Shown here piece after piece: positions 19,827 through 29,612 of a DNA stretch of 64,000 nucleotides (position 1 is the stretch's first letter; each line of letters begins with the position of its first letter). The stretch comes from Candidatus Doudnabacteria bacterium. GTDB lineage: Bacteria; Patescibacteriota; Doudnabacteria; UBA920; VMFF01. Position numbers and translations under genes: made by a program. The notes under the pieces are model-generated. The model was given only the letters and a program-made list of their open reading frames with translations. It was not told the DNA's origin and made no database searches. The stretch spans positions 267,470-331,469 of the forward strand of contig CAWIZL010000004.1 in the NCBI GenBank assembly GCA_963840645.1. Direction: 5' to 3'.

Positions 19827-20710
19827 TAGTCTTGCTCACTTTCTATTTTGCCGTGCAGGGTGCGCAGCTCGCGCAGCGCAACAGCCTCTTGCTCTTTCCG
19901 CGGCGGCGCTCCAGAAACATCCTGCGTTCCCGGCGGATTGCCGTGCCACTCGTACCTGCCCTGCATGTACCCAACGCCCATGCCTGGAATGGTGTGCGCG
20001 ATAATGCACGTTGGCTTCTCGTAAATAGCAGCGGCCTCCATGCACGCGTCAACAACCATCTGTGCGTTGTTCCCGTCAATTTCTATTACGTGCCAGCCGA
20101 ATGACTCGTACTTTTGGCGGAATGGCTCGAGCGGCATTACGTCTTCTGTGTAGCCATCAATTTGAATGTTGTTGCGGTCAACGATCATGGTGAGGTTGTG
20201 CAGCTTGTTCTTGCCCGCAAACATAGCAGCTTCCCAAACCTGCCCCTCGTTGTGCTCGCCGTCGCTCGCAACGCAGTAGATGCGGTGCTGCTCGTGGTTC
20301 ATACGGGCTGCGATGGGCCATGCCAACAGCCTGCGACGTTCCCTGGCCAAGGGGACCAGAAGAATTCTCAATGCCAGGGCAGCCCAGGTTGTGCGGGTGT
20401 CCCTGCAGGCGCGAGTTTATTTTGCGCAAGCTGGATAGCTCTTCTTTTGGAAAGTAGCCAGCCTCTGCGAGCGTGGCGTAGAGCACAGGGCAAATGTGGC
20501 CACACGACAGCACCAGGCGATCACGGCCTGGCCACTTTGGATCTTCTGGCCTGCTGGTCCATCACGTGGAAGTAGAGCGCGGCAAAAACGTCTGCCATAC
20601 CCAAACGGCCCAGCAGAGTGGCCAGAGGCTGCGGCAACGAGCATCTCGATGATGTCCTGCCGAATGTCGTTTGCCTTGAGCTTAAGTTGGTGGACCGCTA
20701 GCTTCTCCAT
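19826..20710 (-). CDS. tkt: Transketolase, N-terminal (TPP-binding) subunit (frame interrupted at least twice)
   Basis: MEKLAVHQLKLKANDIRQDIIEMLVAAASGHSAGPFG starts at ATG 20710. It continues through ORFs 20178..20513 and 19826..20371 (GDGEHNEGQVWEAAMFA). The stop overlaps the next start (TAATG). Confidence 0.85.
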
Positions 20711-21338
20711 TCGTGTTTGTTTCTGCTTGAATTTTTTCGTACTCGCCGAGGGCTGATCCAACAACAAGGTAGTCTGCGCCAGCTTGTGCAGCACGACGTG
20801 CGGTGCTCGAATTGATGCCGCCATCTACCTCAATCGTAACATTTTTCTGGGAATGCCTCAATTTCACAATTTTTTCGAGGGTTTGCTCTATAAATTGCTG
20901 GCCTTGGTAGCCCGGCTCAACGCTGAGCAGCACCACTTGGCCAAACAGGTCTAGGCACGTTTCGATTTCTTCGACTGGGGTTTGCGGGTTCACAGACAGG
21001 CCGGGTTCAATTTTCATGCTGCGCAATTTTCCCACGAGCGTGGCGAGCTGCTCCCTGCCTGCAGCTGCCTCAAACGGAAACAGCACAGTATTGAAGCCGG
21101 CAATTTTTGCATCTAGAAAGTACTCTTCGGGGTTCTCGCACATCAGGTGCAGCTCCCACGTGTACGCCGGGTTCAGCGGCTCAATGTCGGCAACGTGCAC
21201 CGTGGTGCGCGGCGTAAACTTTCCATCAGACACATCAACCTGGATGCGCTCCACTGCCGGAATCTTTAAAATGGATTCCACTTTTTCGTGGAATGCCTCA
21301 ACAGTATCTTCTAAAATAGACGGGACAATGACTGCCAT
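20682..21338 (-). CDS. rpe: Ribulose-phosphate 3-epimerase
   Basis: MAVIVPSIL...VDVSDGKF...SVEPGYQGQ...VDGGI pattern. ATG at 21338 lies directly after the rpiB stop. Confidence 0.85.
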   Translation of the reverse strand: MAVIVPSILEDTVEAFHEKVESILKIPAVERIQVDVSDGKFTPRTTVHVADIEPLNPAYTWELHLMCENPEEYFLDAKIAGFNTVLFPFEAAAGREQLATLVGKLRSMKIEPGLSVNPQTPVEEIETCLDLFGQVVLLSVEPGYQGQQFIEQTLEKIVKLRHSQKNVTIEVDGGINSSTARRAAQAGADYLVVGSALGEYEKIQAETNTNGEASGPPT

Positions 21339-21339
21339 G

Positions 21340-21792
21340 CTACCTTCGGCTGTGCTCAATGTCCGAAATTTCTTCGAGCCTGCGAATGTGGCGCTGCTCG
21401 AAGGAAAACTTTGTGTTCAGAAACTTTGCAACTATGCGCTCGCACAGCTCTGGAGACGCAAAGTCTGCTGGCAGGCACAGCACGTTCGCATCATCGTCGT
21501 GGCGCGCAGACACAGCGACTGCCTCGTCCCACGCAACAACGGCGCGCACGTTCTTGAACTTGTTCGCGACAATGCACACGCCCTGGCCAGAGCCGCACAG
21601 CACAATGCCGCTGTTCTTTGCTGGGTCTTTTGACACAGCCACAGCAACTTTTTTGCTGTAGTCTGGGTAGTCATCGCCTGGCTTCATCTTTTTATCGCCA
21701 ACATCAATGAATGCAATTTTGCGCGACCTCAGGTACTTTGCAATGTCTTCTTTGATTTTGTAACCTCTGTGGTCTGATCCTAGGTACAGCAT
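21340..21792 (-). CDS. rpiB: Ribose-5-phosphate isomerase B
   Basis: Intact 150-aa ORF of the RpiB/LacAB family (GSDHRGYKIKE, CGSGQGVCIVANK). Confidence 0.9.
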   Translation of the reverse strand: MLYLGSDHRGYKIKEDIAKYLRSRKIAFIDVGDKKMKPGDDYPDYSKKVAVAVSKDPAKNSGIVLCGSGQGVCIVANKFKNVRAVVAWDEAVAVSARHDDDANVLCLPADFASPELCERIVAKFLNTKFSFEQRHIRRLEEISDIEHSRR

Positions 21793-21797
21793 GGTGG

Positions 21798-22523
21798 TTA
21801 GCGTTTACTTTTCTCGTACTGAACCATCTCAACAAAATCTGGGTGCAGGCTCGCGCCGCCAACGAGCAGGCCATCAATCTCACGGTCAAGGAAGCTCTTG
21901 AAATCCTGGCCATTGGCGCTGCCACCGTACAGCACTTTCTTGACCTTGAACTTTATCTTCAGCGACATGGCAATGCGCTCTGCGTGCTCAGGCTTCTCAA
22001 CGTGGACAGCGTGCCCAGAGCCTGCGCTAATTGCCCAGACAGGCTCGTACGCGAGAACCACTTTCTCTGGGTCAATGCCTGCCAAATCCTCGCGCGCCTG
22101 CGCGTGGAGGTGCGCCATGGTGTCGCCTTCCTGCATGCCGTACTCTAGGCCGTAGCCGAGGCACAGCACTGGGATAAGCTTTGCCGCAAGGGCAGCGTGC
22201 AGCTTGAGGTTCACCTCGTGGTCTGTTTCGCCGAGAGATCTCACCTCGGAGTGTCCCACGAGCACGTACTTCACGCCAAACTGCTTCACGAGAGAGCTTG
22301 AAACTTGACCTGTGTACGGGCCGCCCTCTTCCCAAAAAATATTCTGGCAGCCCAAGGTGACCCTGCTCGACTTGGCGCCAAGTCCCAGCAAGCCCAGGTA
22401 CGGTGCTGGCGGGCAGATGACGACCTTATTTTTCGTCTTGACCTTGGCAACGCTCGCCACAATCTTGCTCGCCTCTTTCAAGGTGGCAGGGTTCAGCTTC
22501 CAGTTTGCGATGATGAGTTTCAT
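21798..22523 (-). CDS. tpiA: Triosephosphate isomerase
   Basis: Intact 241-aa ORF with IIANWKLN, VLVGHSEVR and AYEPVWAI motifs. Confidence 0.92.
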   Translation of the reverse strand: MKLIIANWKLNPATLKEASKIVASVAKVKTKNKVVICPPAPYLGLLGLGAKSSRVTLGCQNIFWEEGGPYTGQVSSSLVKQFGVKYVLVGHSEVRSLGETDHEVNLKLHAALAAKLIPVLCLGYGLEYGMQEGDTMAHLHAQAREDLAGIDPEKVVLAYEPVWAISAGSGHAVHVEKPEHAERIAMSLKIKFKVKKVLYGGSANGQDFKSFLDREIDGLLVGGASLHPDFVEMVQYEKSKR

Positions 22524-22544
22524 GCGTGCGCTGTGTTCTTTTCG

Positions 22545-23545
22545 CTACTTTAAAAATTTTGCTGCGTCCTCTGGCGGCACTGGGTTTATTGGAATGCCGG
22601 TCGCGTACTCAAAGCCAGCCCAAATGGTGAGGCGCGGGAAAATGACCATGTGCCAGTGGTACGCGCGCTCGTCGTGGGTAACGCTCGGCTTCTCGCCACG
22701 GCTGTAGGGCAAGGTGTGGATGTACACGTTGAGCGGCGGATCGTCCAGCTTGACGTAGAGCTGCGCCAGAACCATTTTGTACAGGTACGCGAGCTCTGTA
22801 ACCTCAGCCTCTGTAACGTCTTGGTACTTTGCGCTGTGCCGCTTCGGCAGAATCCAGGTCTCAAAGGGACTGCGCGATGCGTACGGTGCAATGGCCACGA
22901 ACAGCTCAGTCTCGAACACGATGCGCTCTGCCTGGTGGTGCTCCTCTTCCATGATAGCACAGTATATGCACTCACCGTTCTGCTGGTAGTAGTGGAAGCA
23001 GCCAGAAATTTCATCGTTAATTCCAGGTGGCACGAACGGCGTTGCAAGGATTTGGTAGTGCGGGTGGATGGCGCTCGCCCCAGCATCGCGCCCGTGGTTG
23101 TAGAAAATTTGCACGTACTGAATGTTGCGCTGGTTTTCAAAATCGATGAGGCGTTGGCGGAATAGGTCTAGGCACAGCTCGACGGTCTGCACAGACTGCA
23201 GCGCCACAGGTTCGTCGTGCTTGCGCGTCACGATGACCTCGTGCTCGCCAGTGCCGGGCCTGCTCACGTAGAAGTCTTCGTGGGCAGACGGCAGCGGCCT
23301 GTGCGTGACAGCCTCAAACTTGTTCTGAAGAATGCGCAGCTGCCAGTCGCCGCTCGCCGGCACACGAACAATTTCTACGTTCTCTTTTTCGTGCTCGCCC
23401 GGGCAGAACACGCACCCAGGTGCAACCTCGGGCAAAGTTGGCGGCAGGGTCGGCCAGATTTATTGAACTCGTCTAAGCGCGCGGCGCGCTTGGGCGCAAT
23501 GAGCACCCAGTGCTTTGATATTGGGTTTTGGCGGAACTGGGACAT
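22545..23545 (-). CDS. galT: Galactose-1-phosphate uridylyltransferase-like HIT-superfamily enzyme (frame interrupted once)
   Basis: ATG at 23545 gives MSQFRQNPISKHWVLIAPKRAARLDEF. The break is at G-run 23447-23449. ORF 22545..23435 follows (CVFCPGEHE..., HPHYQI). Confidence 0.8.
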
Positions 23546-23551
23546 TTGGCG

Positions 23552-24130
23552 TTACGGGGTAATCTTGAAATTTTGCACGAACGGCATGAAGTCGGATGAG
23601 TAGGCAACGCCAGAACCGCTTATGATGAAAAATTTACCGTTGCCGCTTACGATTGCCAGCTGCTGAATTGGAATGGTTTTGGCAGGAGCCACCGCGAGCA
23701 TTTTAACAGCTACTCCGTTCGCGGTGGTGAAGTCTGTCTCGCTCTGCACCTTTAGCTCAGACAGCTCCTTCTGATTTTCAGCAGCAGTCGTTGGAATAAC
23801 CACGAAGCTCTCGTCATAGTTAGCGGGGTTCTCGAATGATACCATGCCCACGGGCGTCACATCGCCGGGGCTAACTTCGAGCACCCAGCTTGGGCGGTAG
23901 CTGACCGAGTAGCCCTGCTCTGAGTTTGTGTAAACTTTATTTGGCTGAGCCAGCGTTGGGTAGGATGAATCTGTGCTGAAGCGATTGCCGACAACCACGA
24001 CGTAGCCAACCAACAGAACTCCCGCACACAGGAGCAGCGCGATCGCGTACGCAAAGTACCTGTCGTGGTACACGCGCCTCTTCAAGACGTGAACTTTTTT
24101 CTTTTGCTCTTTCTTTTCCTCGGCTGCCAT
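23552..24130 (-). CDS. Hypothetical single-pass membrane protein
   Basis: Intact 192-aa ORF with a K/E-rich N-terminus, one TM helix (YAIALLLCAGVLLVGYVVVV) and a beta-rich ectodomain. Confidence 0.5.
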   Translation of the reverse strand: MAAEEKKEQKKKVHVLKRRVYHDRYFAYAIALLLCAGVLLVGYVVVVGNRFSTDSSYPTLAQPNKVYTNSEQGYSVSYRPSWVLEVSPGDVTPVGMVSFENPANYDESFVVIPTTAAENQKELSELKVQSETDFTTANGVAVKMLAVAPAKTIPIQQLAIVSGNGKFFIISGSGVAYSSDFMPFVQNFKITP

Positions 24131-24135
24131 ACTTT

Positions 24136-24561
24136 TTATTTTTTAATGTTTTTTGTACGTTCTAGGTAGTTCTGTAGAATGACCTGCGCGGCCAAGCTGT
24201 CTATGCCACGCTTGCCCTTATCTGTTTTTCCTGATTTCTGAAAAAACTGCGCGTGCTGCTGGGCAAACTGTGAGCTGAAGCGCTCGTCAACCAATTCAAC
24301 CGGAACACTCGGCGCCACATCTTCAAGCCCGCTCTTGAACGCAAGTGCCGCAGCGGTTGTTTCTGTTTCACCTCCTCCGACAGAAATTGGGTAGCCGAGG
24401 ACTGTTGTCTCAACGTCGTGCTCCCGCAAGAGCTGGGCATACTTTTCCGCAAAGTTTTCCCGCGGAAAAATCTCCAGCTCGAACGCGAACACGTGCTCCT
24501 CGTCGCTGATTGCTGCGCCAATGCGCACGCTGCCGTAGTCGAGCGCTAAAATTTTACCCAC
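24136..24561 (-). CDS. ruvX: YqgF/RuvX putative pre-16S rRNA nuclease / Holliday junction resolvase-like
   Basis: Intact 141-aa ORF. ILALDYGSVRIGAAISD is the typical N-terminus. Confidence 0.85.
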   Translation of the reverse strand: MGKILALDYGSVRIGAAISDEEHVFAFELEIFPRENFAEKYAQLLREHDVETTVLGYPISVGGGETETTAAALAFKSGLEDVAPSVPVELVDERFSSQFAQQHAQFFQKSGKTDKGKRGIDSLAAQVILQNYLERTKNIKK

Positions 24562-25819
24562 CGCTCTTCTCCCCGAGCGTCACCTTGGTGCTCAGCTTTG
24601 ATTTGCCGCGCAGCACGCCGAACGTTACCACATCCCCTGGATTCATGTTTTCAACGAGGCTCTCGAGCGTGGTGCTTGCATCGAGTGCCGTGCCATTGAC
24701 GCTGGTAATGATATCACCGTCCTTCAAGCCTGCCTTGTCAGCAGCGCTGCCAGCGACAATAGCTGAGCCGCCATCGCCGCTCGTGTCATTCAGCCACGCA
24801 CCGTACGAAACTGGCAAGTTGTTCTGCTGGGCAATTTCTGGGTCGAGCAGCACGTACTGCACGCCCAGGAACGGCTTCTCAATTGTGCCGTACTTCTGGT
24901 AGAGCTGGATGTCGCGGCTGGCATCGTTGGAAGGAATTGCAAACCCCACGAGCTGGCCCTGCTCGTCAATTGCGGTGTTCATGCCAATGACCTGACCTGT
25001 TGCGTTGAGCAGCGGGCCGCCAGAGTTGCCCGGGTTAATGGCTGCGTCAGTTTGAATGACGTCTTCGAGCGTCTCGCTGCTGCCCTCGTCGCCAGCTGTC
25101 ACTGTCCTGTCAATGCCAGATACCACGCCAGTGGTGACCGTGTTGCTGTACTCGCCGAGGGAGTTGCCAATGGCAATGACCTGCTGGCCAATCTGAACCT
25201 GGGTCGAGTTGGCCAGCGAGAGCGTCGGCGCATTCTTAATGGAAACTTTCAGGAGGGCAATGTCGTTGAGCGGGTCGCGCGAGAGCACTGTTGCGGTGTA
25301 CTTCGTGCCGTCGCTCGTGTACACAGCGTACTGCGCTGTCGCGTCTGAGACAACGTGCTTGTTGGTGAGGATCATGCCATCTGACGTAATGAAGAAGCCG
25401 CTGCCAGCTGCAACAGGCTCAAAGTCTGGAGCTGTTGACGTGGGCGTTGGCGCTGGCATGTTTGGCTCACCAAACCCGAACGGTGAAGTGAAAAACTGGT
25501 TTGGGTTATTTCCAAAGCTGTCTGCTGTCGGCGAATTTTGGTCATTCACGTTCTCTGATACGACAATGGACACAACTGCTGGGCTTGCCTTTGCCACGAC
25601 GTCAACGACGCTCCCACTGCCGCTGAGTGCTGCAGGGTTCTGGTTCACCAAACCTGTGTTCACACCTGAGGTAGTGGCAAACCGGTAGACAAAGTACGAC
25701 CCAGCTGCACCAGACGCAACGCCGAGCACGAGCACCAAGACGACAATCGTGATGGCCAAGCCACCAGACAGGCGCGTGGCACGAACTGAATCTTTTGTTT
25801 CCTGTGGATTTTCTTCCAT
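24554..25819 (-). CDS. htrA: HtrA/DegP-type trypsin-like serine protease with PDZ domain
   Basis: Intact 421-aa ORF with an N-terminal TM helix, TNKHV, DIALLK and GNSGGPLLN catalytic motifs, and a C-terminal PDZ. Confidence 0.87.
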   Translation of the reverse strand: MEENPQETKDSVRATRLSGGLAITIVVLVLVLGVASGAAGSYFVYRFATTSGVNTGLVNQNPAALSGSGSVVDVVAKASPAVVSIVVSENVNDQNSPTADSFGNNPNQFFTSPFGFGEPNMPAPTPTSTAPDFEPVAAGSGFFITSDGMILTNKHVVSDATAQYAVYTSDGTKYTATVLSRDPLNDIALLKVSIKNAPTLSLANSTQVQIGQQVIAIGNSLGEYSNTVTTGVVSGIDRTVTAGDEGSSETLEDVIQTDAAINPGNSGGPLLNATGQVIGMNTAIDEQGQLVGFAIPSNDASRDIQLYQKYGTIEKPFLGVQYVLLDPEIAQQNNLPVSYGAWLNDTSGDGGSAIVAGSAADKAGLKDGDIITSVNGTALDASTTLESLVENMNPGDVVTFGVLRGKSKLSTKVTLGEKSGG

Positions 25820-25840
25820 GTTTTTAGAGCCTTTCCTTTA

Positions 25841-27610
25841 CTATACCATACTTTCTAGCTCATCTACGTAGCGGGTGAACAGCTTGGTTCCGTTAGCCCA
25901 GAACTTTGGATCTTCGAGGTCAAAGCCAAATGGCTGTACGGCTTCCTGTGGCGTTTTGCTGCCGCCGAGAGCCAGCAGCTCCTTGTACTTTTCTACAAAG
26001 CCTGGCATGCCCTGCTTGTACTTTTCGTAAAGGGAGAACACGAGGAGGTTGCCGAACGAGTACGCGTACACGTAGAACGGCGTGTGGTAGAAGTGCGGAA
26101 TGTACGACCACCACTGGCCGTAGCTGTCGTCTAGGTTCATGCTCGTGCCAAACATTTCACGCTGGGTTTGCAGCCAGTAGGCGCTGAGGTCTTCTGCGCT
26201 GACGTGGCCATGCTTTGCAACGTGGGCATGCGCGAGCCGTTCAAACTGGAACATTGCAGTTTGGCGAAAAATTGTCGAGGTGGCGTGTGAGATTCTCTCT
26301 GTGAGCATTGAAATCTTTTCCTGCTTGGACTTGGCAGTTTTCAGTGCTGCATCGAAGACAATCATCTCGCCAAAGATACTAGAAGTCTCGGCGAGCACCA
26401 GCGGTGGGTACGCCACAATGTACGGCAGTTTCTGGGTGAGCGTATCTTGGATTGCGTGGCCCATCTCGTGCGCGAGTGTCTCTACGTCTCGCTCAGAGCC
26501 AAGGTAGTTGAGGAGCACGTACGGCCTGTGGCCAGGTGGCATCTGCATGCAGAATGCTCCGCCACGCTTGCCGTCGCCTGCATACACGTCAACGGCTCCC
26601 CCGTTCACCAAGCTGTAGAAAATTTCTGCGAACTGCGCATCGAAGCTAGCGTACGCAGCGCCAACTGTTTTCACAGCCTCTGCGTACGAAGCTTTCTTTG
26701 AACGCACACTTGGCAGTGGCGCGTAGCGATCGTACTGCTCGAGTTTTGGAATGCGAAGCAGCTTTGCCTTAATTTTGTAGAAGCGCTCAACCTGCGCGTA
26801 GCTACCTCGCACGGCTTTCACCAGTGCATCAACGCTCCCCTGCGTGAGGCTATTGCTGATAGTACGGAATGTTTCTGGTGACTCGACCTTGCGCAGTTCG
26901 CCGTTGTGTCGGTGGTCAACGAGCAGCATGTTGTACACGTGCACGAACAGTGGCACGTCACGTTTCAATGTGGTGCTGAAAGCCTCTGTGCCAGCTTTGC
27001 GCACCTTGCGGTCTGGGCTGTACAGCAGCTGGAGCACCTCTGGCTCGCCCAAAGTTTTTTCCTTGCCTGCAATTGTCACCTTTGACTCTAGGCGTGCATC
27101 GAGCTTATCGAGCAGGTCGCTCCAACCAGCGCGCGACGTCACAGATTTCAAATTTAAAATCTTTTCCTCTGGCGACGACAGCTGGTACTTCTTGTTGTCG
27201 AAGAGCTTCTTCAAAATTATGCCGTACTGCCCAAAAGTTTTATCCTTCGCAAACTTTTCCAGGCTCTTGTTTACAGCTAGCTCTAAATCAAAAAAGACGA
27301 GGTGGCTGTCAACGTCAACGCCTGCCACCTGCAGCTGCTGCAGCAGCCCGCTGAACTTTGGATCTTTCGTGTTCTTCGAGAAGCCCAGCTCTGCGTACGC
27401 GTACACCAAGGTCTGTGCCTCTGCCATTTTAGAAAGCTCCTTGAGGGCAGCCAGGACCTGCTTTGCCGTGTACGTTGCCACTTTGCCGCTATGCTTTTTC
27501 TCAAATGTAACAGCAGACCTCAAGAGGCTTGCAGCATCCTTCTTTATCTTCGGATCATCTGGACTTTTATAAAAAATCGACAGGCCCCACTCTATTGGAA
27601 GTTTTGCCAT
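25841..27610 (-). CDS. pepF: M3B oligoendopeptidase F
   Basis: Intact 589-aa ORF with the HEMGHAIQ zinc motif. Length and layout fit PepF. Confidence 0.85.
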   Translation of the reverse strand: MAKLPIEWGLSIFYKSPDDPKIKKDAASLLRSAVTFEKKHSGKVATYTAKQVLAALKELSKMAEAQTLVYAYAELGFSKNTKDPKFSGLLQQLQVAGVDVDSHLVFFDLELAVNKSLEKFAKDKTFGQYGIILKKLFDNKKYQLSSPEEKILNLKSVTSRAGWSDLLDKLDARLESKVTIAGKEKTLGEPEVLQLLYSPDRKVRKAGTEAFSTTLKRDVPLFVHVYNMLLVDHRHNGELRKVESPETFRTISNSLTQGSVDALVKAVRGSYAQVERFYKIKAKLLRIPKLEQYDRYAPLPSVRSKKASYAEAVKTVGAAYASFDAQFAEIFYSLVNGGAVDVYAGDGKRGGAFCMQMPPGHRPYVLLNYLGSERDVETLAHEMGHAIQDTLTQKLPYIVAYPPLVLAETSSIFGEMIVFDAALKTAKSKQEKISMLTERISHATSTIFRQTAMFQFERLAHAHVAKHGHVSAEDLSAYWLQTQREMFGTSMNLDDSYGQWWSYIPHFYHTPFYVYAYSFGNLLVFSLYEKYKQGMPGFVEKYKELLALGGSKTPQEAVQPFGFDLEDPKFWANGTKLFTRYVDELESMV

Positions 27611-27617
27611 TCTGTAG

Positions 27618-28952
27618 CTACGTTAAAATTTTAGGTGCGCGCTTGCCGACTGCAACGGTGTGCTCAAAGTGTGCAGATAGGCTGCCATCTTCTGTTAGAA
27701 TTGACCAGCCGTCATCTGCGAAAGCAACAGCGTAGCGGCCTGCGTTCACCATTGGCTCAATGGCAATGACCACGCCTGCTTCAAGCTTTGTGCCAGTGCC
27801 TGGGTGCCCGTAGTTTGGAACCTGTGGATCCTCGTGCACAGTGTAGCCAACGCCGTGGCCAACCAAGTCGCGTACAATGCTGAAGCCGTGGCGCTCAACG
27901 TACTGCTGGATTGCGTTGCCAATGTCGCCCGTTGTGTTGCCCTCAACTGCCTGCTGAATGCCCAGGGCCAGTGCGTGCTGCGTCACGTCTAAAAGTTCCT
28001 GAACTTCTTTTGAAACTTTGCCCACTGCAACCGTAGTGGCAGTGTCTGTGTAGCGACCCTTGTACTCCATGCCAATGTCGAGGCCAACGATGTCGCCATC
28101 GTGTAAAATTTCGCGCTTCGATGGAATGCCGTGCACGACAACGTCGTTCACAGATGTGCACAGTCCTGCTGGGAACAAATTGTCTGGGTCATCGCCAACC
28201 CCCTTGAAGGCGGGGCGGCCGCCAGCTGCAACAATCTGTGCCTCGGCAAACTCATTCAGCTCCCACGTCGAAATACCGGGAACCGCACGCTTTGCCGTGT
28301 CCCGCAAAATTTTATTGATGATTGTTCCACCCTCAGCGATGAGGGCGATGTCCTGCTCAGTTTTTACGCTTGCTTTCGAATGCATGAATGTTCTGTTGAA
28401 TTCGTTCATGGCAGCCTCTGCAACTGTGCCAGTGCCGCTCACCTTTACAAACTTGTACTGGACCTTGAGGTAGCTGACGACACCCGCAATGTTCTTCCTG
28501 TAGTACCTGAACCGGTTCGCGAGCGCAGTTGGTGTGTCATCAGTGCGTCCCCTGCCGCGCGTCCTCTCAAAAATAGTGCTGCGCGGTACCCACAGGTACA
28601 GCACGAGCACGCGGTCTTTTGTACGACCATTCTGGTTCAAAAGTTTCAGCACCAGTTTTGCCTCGCCGAGCATCTTTGGCGTGCCGTTGAAGAGTATTCC
28701 CAAGCCATCGGGCACAGACAAAATTTCACGCTTGAAGATTTCTCTCACCAGGCTCGTTGGCGCAACTTTGCCGCTGTCCATGGCTGCACGCAGAGCACGC
28801 GATCTCCTCTTCCTTAAAATTTCTCCCATATCCAGGTCGTACATGCGCCTTCGCGCCAGCAGTAAATTTGCCTGGGTTGCCTTGCCAGCACCTGGGTCAC
28901 CGAGCAGAACTACGTTGAGTGGTGGCAAAGCTTCCTTCATTTTACACTCCAA
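27618..28952 (-). CDS. map: Fusion protein: adenylate-kinase-like P-loop domain plus type I methionine aminopeptidase
   Basis: Intact 444-aa ORF. Residues 1-190 carry GDPGAGKATQ (P-loop) and RGRGRTDDTP (the Adk R-x-DD motif). Residues 195-444 are MetAP-like (HGIPS, DIVGLDIG, GHGVG, EPM, FEHTV). Confidence 0.8.
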   Translation of the reverse strand: MECKMKEALPPLNVVLLGDPGAGKATQANLLLARRRMYDLDMGEILRKRRSRALRAAMDSGKVAPTSLVREIFKREILSVPDGLGILFNGTPKMLGEAKLVLKLLNQNGRTKDRVLVLYLWVPRSTIFERTRGRGRTDDTPTALANRFRYYRKNIAGVVSYLKVQYKFVKVSGTGTVAEAAMNEFNRTFMHSKASVKTEQDIALIAEGGTIINKILRDTAKRAVPGISTWELNEFAEAQIVAAGGRPAFKGVGDDPDNLFPAGLCTSVNDVVVHGIPSKREILHDGDIVGLDIGMEYKGRYTDTATTVAVGKVSKEVQELLDVTQHALALGIQQAVEGNTTGDIGNAIQQYVERHGFSIVRDLVGHGVGYTVHEDPQVPNYGHPGTGTKLEAGVVIAIEPMVNAGRYAVAFADDGWSILTEDGSLSAHFEHTVAVGKRAPKILT

Positions 28953-29595
28953 GCGCTACATCAATGGCAGCTGCAACCTCTTCAACAGCACCCATGCCGT
29001 CAATGTCGTGGAGCACAGTAGCCGTGCGCAGGAAATCTACAACTGGGAGCGTGACGTGCTCGTACGTATCCAGGCGCTTGTTGATGACCTCTGGCGTGTC
29101 GTCCGAGCGCTTCTCCAGCTTGCCGCCGCACACTCCACACCGCTGGTGCGGATCGTCGCTGGTCACCGCAGACGTTGCGCAGTCAACGCACTTCACGCGG
29201 TGCAGCAGGCGCACCATTGTTTCACCTCGCGTGATGGTGATGTATACGGTGTGCACCTTCTCGCGGCCCATGCCGTGCAGCATCTCGAGAACCAGGTGCG
29301 CCTGGTTCAGCGTGCGCGGTGAGCCGTCTACAATGACGGGCGTCTCAGGCTGCACGCCGGTAATCTTCTCAGAAATCACACGCTTCCAAATGTCATCGTT
29401 GACGAGTGCACCAGAGTCAGTGAGCCCCTTTACCTCTCTGCCAAAGTCACTGTCCTCGCGGCTCACCTGGCGCAGGAGCGCGCCCATCTCAATGTAGTCT
29501 CCGTGCAGCTTGTGCTTGAGGATCTGCGCCTGTGTTCCCTTGCCAGAACCTTGGGGGCCGATAAAAATAACGGCATCAATTTTGTTGTCGTCCAT
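28942..29595 (-). CDS. adk: Adenylate kinase (long form, Cys4 lid)
   Basis: Intact 217-aa ORF with IGPQGSGKGTQ and lid cysteines C-VD-C ... C-GV-C. Confidence 0.9.
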   Translation of the reverse strand: MDDNKIDAVIFIGPQGSGKGTQAQILKHKLHGDYIEMGALLRQVSREDSDFGREVKGLTDSGALVNDDIWKRVISEKITGVQPETPVIVDGSPRTLNQAHLVLEMLHGMGREKVHTVYITITRGETMVRLLHRVKCVDCATSAVTSDDPHQRCGVCGGKLEKRSDDTPEVINKRLDTYEHVTLPVVDFLRTATVLHDIDGMGAVEEVAAAIDVALGV

Positions 29596-29612
29596 GGGCT
29601 AAGTATAGCAGC

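Noticed and set aside
20682-20710. The 29-nt rpe/transketolase overlap as a programmed frameshift or fusion
   Set aside because: Both genes have independent, plausible ends and starts. Given the indel rate, the exact rpe 3' end is uncertain. No slippery heptamer or stimulatory structure was seen.
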